From Candidatus Altimarinota bacterium (GTDB taxonomy: Bacteria; Patescibacteriota; Gracilibacteria; UBA4473), in NCBI GenBank assembly GCA_018608565.1, contig JABAZT010000020.1, positions 60,202 to 124,201 of the forward strand: DNA of 64,000 nt. Reading direction: 5' to 3'. The translations under genes were made by a program, and so were the position numbers. The notes beneath the pieces were generated by a model that searched no databases, had not been told where the DNA came from, and was given only the letters and a program-made list of their open reading frames with translations. Each line of letters opens with the position of its first letter. Positions within the stretch are counted from its first letter, which is position 1. Positions 49,527 to 57,363 of this stretch are shown here, one piece after another.

Positions 49527-51362
49527 TCAAAATTGATCCGCATAATAAGGAGCCAAAACTTTTCTAAGTTTTTTTTCAATCGTTGCGAGTCGACTCGCAA
49601 TAGCCTGATGAGAATAAGGCTCATTTCGTTTATCCTCTTGAGCTAGAATAATTCCAGCCTGAACCTGTGTTTCATCATCCACGAAAACCAACTGCACCGT
49701 CCTCCATTGCTGCTCAGAAAGATGCTCACGCACCAGATTCCAATCAAATTCAAAACCCAAATCTTCAGACTCCTTGGTCACAAACGCATGTAACTCCGTA
49801 GGCCCTGTTCCCACTGAGTCATCTAGATATACCTTTTTCGTAGCTCTCAAAAGATTCAACACATTATTCAATCGTCTCTTTCTCCATGGATCTTCTCGTG
49901 TATCAATAGAATTCATCGTCTCCAGCAAAACCTCATCTGCACTCTCTGTAGGAGATCGTCCCAATCGCTTCAATGCCTCACCCAAAATATAAACATCAAG
50001 CTTATCCGCCTCCCGCCTCAAAACATCTTTGTGCAACGGAGCCAAGCCACGAATTTTCCGATTGATTGATTGATTTTTAAAATTTCGAAAAGAGGAAGCA
50101 ACAGGAGCACACTGATTCATCTTACTCAACTGACAATTAAATATTTTTTTCATAAGTAATAAATCCAACTCTTGATACATATCCATCTTATCAGTCACTG
50201 AAATGCCAGGAAATTCTTGCTCAACCATATAACGATTATACTTAATCTCTTCTCCATAAATTCGACTAAAACGAAGATCATACGAGCTTGAAACAGCACT
50301 TGGCAGTGTGGCTGTCGCCTCATTAAGTCGTGGATCTAATAAATCATCTATCCCCAATTGTTTAGACAGATAGAGTCTCACCGCACTAATAAAATAAATA
50401 TCTTCTGACATCTGGAGATATTTTTTGGCTTCATCTTCATCATAAATCCCAACTTTTACCGAAACTGGATAAGGCACTATATCTAGAACTCCTTCACAGA
50501 AATCATCACCTATCCCAAAAAATTGAAAAACATTCTTACACTCCAACGAAGACAAGAACTTACTAATATCTCCCTCCAAGACCTCCATTCTTCGTTCAAA
50601 AAACAATCGACTACCAACACTTGGAATCAATGGATCCCCCCAACCAAAATGATCACTCAGCTGCAAGAACACCTTTTTAGTTTCAACAAAATCATCTTCC
50701 ACCCCTACATCAGAAGAAAACACCTCATCACTAACGACATCAACCACTCCCTTCTTCTCATCCCTCTCATTAACCAATCGTTTGGGAGCCTCCAAATCAT
50801 ACTCATCCCCAAAAACATAAAAAACCACCAAAGGAAGCTCATCTTTCTTCAAAATCGAGAGGATTCCCCAGGTCTTAAACAAAACACCCCAATGCGAAGA
50901 TTCAATAAATTTCTTTCGCTCTTTCCATATTGGATCTGATTTTTCCGGCACCGTCTCCCATCCCAAACGCCCCAATATAAAATCCTTTGCCACCTTCCGA
51001 GAAACATCCACATCCTTTGCCCAGCTAAATCGACCCGTCGCCCAACCCTCTGGACGAAAACCATCTACTTCTCGACATGATTCAATATAGATCGCCTTTT
51101 GAGCATCAGTTCTTACTTTACGAACTTGTGTATCAGACGGCTTCCACTCAACTCCTACAAGTATTTCATCCACACGCCTACACAGATCCCCCATCCCATA
51201 AAACGATTCTGGCAAGCTTTCTCCCAAAAACATTTTCTCTAATTGACAATATATATCTGGATTCCACTGATCTGCAGCCGAAGCCAATAGAACCCGATCC
51301 ACCACCGCCCAGACAGAGTGAGAACCCTCATCTACATCCTGACGACAATCAACAACTTTCAT
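49527..51362 (-). CDS. large hypothetical protein with C-terminal sigma-70 region-4-like HTH
   Basis: 611 aa. The tail 'LSEQQWRTVQLVFVDD...SHQAIASRLATIEKKLRKVL' resembles sigma region 4.2 carrying an insertion. Confidence 0.45.
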   Translation of the reverse strand: MKVVDCRQDVDEGSHSVWAVVDRVLLASAADQWNPDIYCQLEKMFLGESLPESFYGMGDLCRRVDEILVGVEWKPSDTQVRKVRTDAQKAIYIESCREVDGFRPEGWATGRFSWAKDVDVSRKVAKDFILGRLGWETVPEKSDPIWKERKKFIESSHWGVLFKTWGILSILKKDELPLVVFYVFGDEYDLEAPKRLVNERDEKKGVVDVVSDEVFSSDVGVEDDFVETKKVFLQLSDHFGWGDPLIPSVGSRLFFERRMEVLEGDISKFLSSLECKNVFQFFGIGDDFCEGVLDIVPYPVSVKVGIYDEDEAKKYLQMSEDIYFISAVRLYLSKQLGIDDLLDPRLNEATATLPSAVSSSYDLRFSRIYGEEIKYNRYMVEQEFPGISVTDKMDMYQELDLLLMKKIFNCQLSKMNQCAPVASSFRNFKNQSINRKIRGLAPLHKDVLRREADKLDVYILGEALKRLGRSPTESADEVLLETMNSIDTREDPWRKRRLNNVLNLLRATKKVYLDDSVGTGPTELHAFVTKESEDLGFEFDWNLVREHLSEQQWRTVQLVFVDDETQVQAGIILAQEDKRNEPYSHQAIASRLATIEKKLRKVLAPYYADQF

Positions 51363-51425
51363 TTAATAAAAAATTAAGAACAACTAACAAAAAATAGAAC
51401 TAAAATCACAGCCTAAAAAAAATTC

Positions 51426-53273
51426 CTAAACAAAATCCTGTTCTTCCAATACCTCAAAAGTTTTCAATACATCTGCCGCAAAAGTTTCATGCGTCTCACG
51501 AGACATATGTTCAGCCGTGACAATACTCACCGACTGAGAAAGCAATGTTCCGATACGTTGAACTTTTTCTCGAAGCTCAATTTTATCATCTCCAAAAAAT
51601 GGATGCATTTGTAATCCCAAGGCAATAGATTTCAAAATACTTGCTGAAAGAACCTGTCGACTTGCTTCTGGACTTTTTGCAAGTGGTTCGGCCGTTCCCG
51701 CGGCAGGATTACACAGAGTTACAAGCGCTTTCCCAAGATCATCAATCGCCTGATCTACACTCGGAGGAATCCCAAGACTTTTTCCATTTGGTAATCCCGC
51801 CAGAGTAAGTCCTGCATTAAAATCACTCATAAAATCTCCTCCAACATTATCCCCCATATCTGTAACACTCCCTTTTGATGGATCTCGTAACAAATTCGCC
51901 ATATTATCTCCAATCGTAATAACTTCATACGGACATCCTTTTTCTTTCATAACCCCAATACAAATTCCAGCCAAATACTCATCCATAGGGTTGTCTCCAG
52001 TCGCCATAAGAATAGTAACCGATCGCTTTTCAGAATCTGTTTCCTTTAGTGCAAGATCCGCAGCTACACGAGCACTAGCCACCAGCTCTTTCTCTGGCAG
52101 TGAATACGTTTCTGCAATATACCCATCTTTTTCGAACGACTTCTCTCCATACCCAGAACCCACCGGAACTCTAATAAAATGTCGAGAAGGAATAGAACCT
52201 GGATCAATATCCGCCACATCATCTCGACTCATATTTTTAACCCCTTCCAACATCTTTGCATTCACGGGCAAACAAGACACAATCCGATCCCCCACAGCCC
52301 CACGTGCCACTAGGTCCAAGAAACTATCAAAAAGTTGTTCTTCTACCTCAACCCCTGCCGCTTGAGCTACTTTCTTAATATGATCGGTAAACACAGCATC
52401 AAAACTACTAATCGTATCTTTCGAAGTAAGCAATATCGGTTTCCCCGTAGAACTAGCATGACCTACTAGCTCAGCCGCATACATTCTCAGATCGCTTTGT
52501 CTCAACTGACGAATAAATTCCCCTGACCCAGTTTCAACAAAACTTTTCATATCCTTCCAAGATATTCCTTCTGGCTCAAAAACCTCAAAAGGCTTTAGAT
52601 CTGGTTTCTGATATCCTCCCTCCACTGGATCAAGCGGACGATATATCGCGGTCAACCCAAGCCCTTTTCGCAACAAAGCATTTGGAGACGATCTCCATCC
52701 TTTATACACCTCAAGGATCTGAGCTGGCTCAAGATCCCGACGTCGATTCCAAATCATAGCTAAAATCTGTTTTTGATCTGAAGACAAAGACTGAATACCA
52801 AATTCCCCCAAGAGATCCGAAGGAAAAAATTGTGCAGAAGTAAGACGTTCCACCTCTTCGTTAGCGGGAACAGGAAAAGTCACAGGTTCGAACGCTCCCA
52901 AAAACTCAATAATCTGAGCATCCTTAAGCGTACGTCCTGGAAATTTAACCGCAAAACCGCCTCCCTCCAAGACATCACGACTCACTCGATCATGATATTC
53001 TTTGATCCCTCCTGGCTTACTAATCCTCAAACGTTTTTCGGTCGTCAGCGAATGTTCTCGTATCTCCAACTCAATTCCAATCGCCTGAAGTCTATCCCTC
53101 AAGCCTTCAAAAATTTCCAAGGCACTACTCGTCAAAAAATTAAACTCTGGATCAGTATTTGCTCCAATTCCATCACCTTCCATCCAATGGACTACCAGTG
53201 CTTCCATTTCTTCATTTTCTTCCAAACACACAAATCGACTTATTTCATCCGCAACATATTTCAATAACTTCAT
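51426..53273 (-). CDS. divergent isocitrate/isopropylmalate dehydrogenase-superfamily protein with large insertions
   Basis: 615 aa. 'EGDGIG' (cf. PGDGIG), 'LLRKGLGLTAIYRP' (cf. LRKHFKLFSNLRP), 'IGDNMANLLRDPSKGSV' (cf. YIDNATMQLIKDPSQFDV), 'GGDFMSD' (cf. GDILSD), 'NPAAGTAEPLA' (cf. EPAGGSAPDIA). Confidence 0.5.
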   Translation of the reverse strand: MKLLKYVADEISRFVCLEENEEMEALVVHWMEGDGIGANTDPEFNFLTSSALEIFEGLRDRLQAIGIELEIREHSLTTEKRLRISKPGGIKEYHDRVSRDVLEGGGFAVKFPGRTLKDAQIIEFLGAFEPVTFPVPANEEVERLTSAQFFPSDLLGEFGIQSLSSDQKQILAMIWNRRRDLEPAQILEVYKGWRSSPNALLRKGLGLTAIYRPLDPVEGGYQKPDLKPFEVFEPEGISWKDMKSFVETGSGEFIRQLRQSDLRMYAAELVGHASSTGKPILLTSKDTISSFDAVFTDHIKKVAQAAGVEVEEQLFDSFLDLVARGAVGDRIVSCLPVNAKMLEGVKNMSRDDVADIDPGSIPSRHFIRVPVGSGYGEKSFEKDGYIAETYSLPEKELVASARVAADLALKETDSEKRSVTILMATGDNPMDEYLAGICIGVMKEKGCPYEVITIGDNMANLLRDPSKGSVTDMGDNVGGDFMSDFNAGLTLAGLPNGKSLGIPPSVDQAIDDLGKALVTLCNPAAGTAEPLAKSPEASRQVLSASILKSIALGLQMHPFFGDDKIELREKVQRIGTLLSQSVSIVTAEHMSRETHETFAADVLKTFEVLEEQDFV

Positions 53274-53350
53274 TTCAAAAAAATATTAAATATTAAAAAC
53301 ACGCAAGATACTGCGTAAAAAGTTTTTATTTTTATTTCTCATCTATTTTC

Positions 53351-53470
53351 CATATTTGACAAGATATGACAAAAAACCAAGAACCAAAACAAGTAAAACT
53401 TCAAAAAAAGCGCATAAAAAGAAGATAAAAAACTGCCAACAACGCATTGACACTTTGCAAATAATCTATG
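53351..53470. repeat. intergenic module R1, similar to 56449-56562
   Basis: Shared ends 'cat.tttgacaa.a.atgacaa' and 'aaaaactg.caacaac...ttgacacttt', with an A-rich spacer of similar length. Confidence 0.6.
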
Positions 53471-54200
53471 AAAACATCTCTATTTCGTCATACAATCTTA
53501 CTGATATGATTTCGGTTTCCGGCAAACACAAATCCTTCAACCGTTGAGGCAACACATGGCCTTCCGGATTTTTCCATATGACAAATCTCGGACCAAACCG
53601 AATAAGTGACTCTAACCCAGACCAAGAATCCTCAAACCCGATACAACGCAACCGATTATCAACCCCAAGCCTCTTCATCCCAAGATCATAAGGGGCCTGA
53701 CTCGGCTTTAGATCTTCCCGATCCATATCCTCCTTACAAACCAAAGCTCCAAAAAAAGACTCCAATCCATTTAATCTGCAAAAACCGGCAAGCTGATCTC
53801 GCGTACTAGAAGTGACCACTGACCTCAAAATCCTAAGTGATTCCACTTGATCCAAAATCCTTCGAGCGTCATCCATCAACACCGCTACCTCTTCAAATAT
53901 ATACCGCCGATTATCAAGAAAACACTCATAGAAATATTCATATATTTTTCTACGCAAATCATGATCATCACCAACCACTTCATCAATCCAAGGCTGAAAA
54001 ACCTTGATCGTGCTTACTCCCGGCTGGTGCTCCAGATGATTCAAATCTAGACCAAACTGATTGGCTGTTTGATCTCTCGATTTATTATACGCCGAGGAAA
54101 AATGAGGTTCTGTATCCGTCAACGAACCATCCATATCAAACTGAACCGCTTCAATCTCATGCTCCGAAATACTGATAACACGAGGAAAAGACATATACAA
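53466..54200 (-). CDS. HAD-superfamily (subfamily IA-like) phosphatase
   Basis: 244 aa. Motif I 'FDMDGSLTDTE', motif II 'VVTSS', motif IV-like 'GFEDSWSG'. Confidence 0.8.
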   Translation of the reverse strand: MYMSFPRVISISEHEIEAVQFDMDGSLTDTEPHFSSAYNKSRDQTANQFGLDLNHLEHQPGVSTIKVFQPWIDEVVGDDHDLRRKIYEYFYECFLDNRRYIFEEVAVLMDDARRILDQVESLRILRSVVTSSTRDQLAGFCRLNGLESFFGALVCKEDMDREDLKPSQAPYDLGMKRLGVDNRLRCIGFEDSWSGLESLIRFGPRFVIWKNPEGHVLPQRLKDLCLPETEIISVRLYDEIEMFS

Positions 54201-54230
54201 TTTCGATATACTAAAAAAAATAAACAGAAA

Positions 54231-56414
54231 TCAGGAAACCCCTTTCAATTCTACAGGACCCGCACCAAAACCACCTTTAAGCATCTCAAACAAATCTTCA
54301 ATCCCCGGCAACTGTCGTCCCCTGAAATGAATTTCATACTCTGGATATTCATCCAAAATTTTTCGTATTTGCTTTTGATTGAGTGCTGGATCCGCTGCGA
54401 TTGCTCCAACCAGGACTCCTCGCTGCACCTCATCACAATGAGGAAACAACCGCATCCAATACGACAATTTTTCTCCATCACGGGCTGCATACAACATCTC
54501 TACTGCCTCCGTCCGAAACGGAGTATCTGACTCTGCAATCTCCCATATATGATCCCAGGATCGATACCCTAGACGGTTATACTTCATCGATACAATCTCC
54601 CAGACCCGCTTGCGATTAGATATCTCAACCACTTCAGACTGTACAATCCTCAGACACAACACCTGTAACCAGTGGGTAATCTTGTACCAGTCATTTGAAT
54701 GCAATGTTGGTTCCATCGCAGGATCACACAGAGCCTCCACCACATATCTTACAATCTGATTTTTTGGATACCGGTCTGCCTGTTCCCCTTCGATAAGATC
54801 AATCAACTGTGTATATCGCTTATGAAAATCCTCTTCTTGATGATAACTCTGTAGCGCACATTCTTCACGATCACGCGACAGCATCCCCTGTATATGCGTT
54901 ATACATTGGGATGCCATCTCAGGAGCCACTCGCATAATATCCACAAACCTCCCACTATCACGATCGCTATATGATTGCTGACTCAGCACATGCTGCCAGA
55001 GGGCTTTCCGATCCTTGGGAAAATGTTCAAAGATCAGCAGTCTATTACTATGATGATAGTCGTAGCTTTCACTCGCAAAAGCAATATTCCTCTGTCGATC
55101 ATATGAAAATTTAAACAACGAACTCCTTGAGGACTCCGTCTCAAAAACCAATTGATCCAACTGCAACTCTCCAGCATAGTGCTCATGCTGCCCTAACATC
55201 AGAGGCCAGAGTAATTGCCGATCTTTAGGATGATCATTCCAAATCCGATAGAGAAACCCTCGCATCTCTTTCGTATATCCAATATTCCCCAACTCCCACG
55301 CCCCCATCCCTACCACGATACGTGTACGATTTTTTGGAAATTCAGTCCAAATATCGGTAAGCAAGCCTAATTGCTCCGATAGGATCCAGGTACTATTCCA
55401 TTTAGCATTACCAGAGTCATCGTACATATTACGAGCTCCAGGCGGACGCAGTGCAATCTCCAACACTTGATCAATCTTAGCTGGATCTGACATATATTTC
55501 TCAGAAAGGTACGCGCGGACATTTGCTCCATTAAGATTTCCTCCCACTATCTTTCCATCTGTATGAAACTTTGAGACTAACCCCCAAATCTGACCTTCAT
55601 ATTGTGGATATTTCAGGCGAATCTTATTAAAACAACGCATAACAGACTCTACATCCATATATTTATATTGATCACAATCCTGAAAGGTGAGACTCTTTTT
55701 CCCTTCCTCCAAAAAAAGCTCCACAGCCCCATCCACCTTTTCTGAAAAATTCGGAAACTCTGCTCTAATCTGGAGGAGGAGATCCAATCGATCCATAAGT
55801 GAATTCCCACCACGAGCTCTACCTGAGATCCACTTCCAACTCAGACTCCATTCGAGGGCCGCCTCAGCCGCTTTGAGTCGATAGGGATGATCTCGATACA
55901 CATCTTCTGTAAGATATACCATCATATCTCCCTGCAATTGCATCTGAGCCATACCCTCAAAAGCTTGATCAACTCCATCCGGGTAGGACTCAAGCCACAT
56001 ACGTTGAGACACATCTCGAGATCGTCCTTCAGCAGGCTCAACCTGACCAGTAAATAAAGCTTGCAAGGCCAACTCACGCACTCTTCCTGAAAATGCTATA
56101 ATAGATCTCAACTGTGTCTCCCCTGGTGCATATCGATCAAATTCATGAGCCGAAAGATAGATATTCCCTACCCAAATTTCAAAAGCCACTTTCGCAACCG
56201 TATCAGACTCGGCATGACGAACGAAGTCTATCAATTGATCTCGATCAAGTCCTAAATTTCGTTGCCCCGAACGCGTATCATCTTCTTTGCGTTCTACAAT
56301 CTTCCTAAATAGCAACGCTTCCTCTGGAGTAAGCGCCGCAATCAATAATTCATCTTCTTCTCTTTTAGTATGTAGTACTTCCCGATCAGGCTCCAAATTA
56401 GATTTCATAGGCAT
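54231..56414 (-). CDS. large alpha-helical repeat protein of unknown function
   Basis: 727 aa. The motif [EHKRD]-[FYH]-P-[KNQE]-[DNYF]-[RSEQ] recurs about 7 times: 'EFPNFSE', 'KYPQYEGQIW', 'EFPKNRTRIV', 'DHPKDRQLLW', 'HFPKDRKALW', 'RYPKNQIVRY', 'EYPEYEIHF'. Confidence 0.5.
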   Translation of the reverse strand: MPMKSNLEPDREVLHTKREEDELLIAALTPEEALLFRKIVERKEDDTRSGQRNLGLDRDQLIDFVRHAESDTVAKVAFEIWVGNIYLSAHEFDRYAPGETQLRSIIAFSGRVRELALQALFTGQVEPAEGRSRDVSQRMWLESYPDGVDQAFEGMAQMQLQGDMMVYLTEDVYRDHPYRLKAAEAALEWSLSWKWISGRARGGNSLMDRLDLLLQIRAEFPNFSEKVDGAVELFLEEGKKSLTFQDCDQYKYMDVESVMRCFNKIRLKYPQYEGQIWGLVSKFHTDGKIVGGNLNGANVRAYLSEKYMSDPAKIDQVLEIALRPPGARNMYDDSGNAKWNSTWILSEQLGLLTDIWTEFPKNRTRIVVGMGAWELGNIGYTKEMRGFLYRIWNDHPKDRQLLWPLMLGQHEHYAGELQLDQLVFETESSRSSLFKFSYDRQRNIAFASESYDYHHSNRLLIFEHFPKDRKALWQHVLSQQSYSDRDSGRFVDIMRVAPEMASQCITHIQGMLSRDREECALQSYHQEEDFHKRYTQLIDLIEGEQADRYPKNQIVRYVVEALCDPAMEPTLHSNDWYKITHWLQVLCLRIVQSEVVEISNRKRVWEIVSMKYNRLGYRSWDHIWEIAESDTPFRTEAVEMLYAARDGEKLSYWMRLFPHCDEVQRGVLVGAIAADPALNQKQIRKILDEYPEYEIHFRGRQLPGIEDLFEMLKGGFGAGPVELKGVS

Positions 56415-56448
56415 TTACAAATACAAGATTATATCAAAAACATTTTCA

Positions 56449-56562
56449 CATTTTTGACAAAACATGACAATTAACTACAAACAAAAAGACACAAAACAAA
56501 CAAGAAACCACTTAAACAAAAGAACAAAAACTGACAACAACACTTTGACACTTTCTCCAATG
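56449..56562. repeat. intergenic module R2, similar to 53351-53470
   Basis: See R1. Sits in the divergent region between the 727-aa gene and the TrmB-like gene. On the minus strand it also contains an extended -10 'tgatataat'. Confidence 0.6.
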
Positions 56563-57363
56563 AATCAAGAATTTACAAAACAACTCCAAGAACTAGGACT
56601 CTCTGACAAAGAATCCCTCATATACATTCAATCACTTCAAATTGGATCAGCACCTGCATCAATTCTAGGGAAAAGGGGCACCATCAACCGATCAACAGCT
56701 CAATACATCTGTCAATCCCTGACACAAAAAGGACTCATGAACGTTCTCCAAAAAAACAACGCCTATATCTACACCGCAGAATCACCAGAAAAACTAAAAA
56801 TATTACTCCAACGAGAACAAAAAAAACTAGACCAAAAAAGCTCTAATCTAGAACAAACAATCAAATCACTACATACCTTTCAGGGAACCGCACTAAATGA
56901 ATCAACCGCAAAATACTACCAGGGAAGTCATGGAATCATCGAGATGTTTGAAGACGTAATACAAGAAAACAAGCCCCTCTATGCCGCAACACGAATCACT
57001 CAAGACTCAGACCCAACCGTACACCACTACATCCAAAACGACTATCAACTCAAACGACAAAAAATTAAAAATCCAGTCTGGGCTCTCTTCAACGACAACC
57101 CTCAAACCAGAAAATACAAAACCCAAGACGCCTCCGTAAATCGAATTTCACTCCTCATCCCAAAAGACACCTTTCCTTTTGACGTCTGCCTTCACATCTA
57201 CGGAGAAAAAGTAGCGTTCTATTCCTACAAAAAAAATGATCTCACCGGAGTCATAATACAAAATAAACACATCCAAAACACGATGTTTTCATTGTTTAAA
57301 CTTTCATGGGAAGCCGCCAAGAAACTCCCTCAAAACAGTTCATACACGGACGTACAAATCTAA
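56464..57363 (+). CDS. TrmB-family transcriptional regulator
   Basis: 299-aa ORF with likely start at M33 (56560). 'LQELGLSDKESLIYIQSLQIGSAPASILGKRGTINRSTAQYICQSLTQKGLM' is a typical TrmB wHTH. Confidence 0.7.
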   Translation: MTINYKQKDTKQTRNHLNKRTKTDNNTLTLSPMNQEFTKQLQELGLSDKESLIYIQSLQIGSAPASILGKRGTINRSTAQYICQSLTQKGLMNVLQKNNAYIYTAESPEKLKILLQREQKKLDQKSSNLEQTIKSLHTFQGTALNESTAKYYQGSHGIIEMFEDVIQENKPLYAATRITQDSDPTVHHYIQNDYQLKRQKIKNPVWALFNDNPQTRKYKTQDASVNRISLLIPKDTFPFDVCLHIYGEKVAFYSYKKNDLTGVIIQNKHIQNTMFSLFKLSWEAAKKLPQNSSYTDVQI

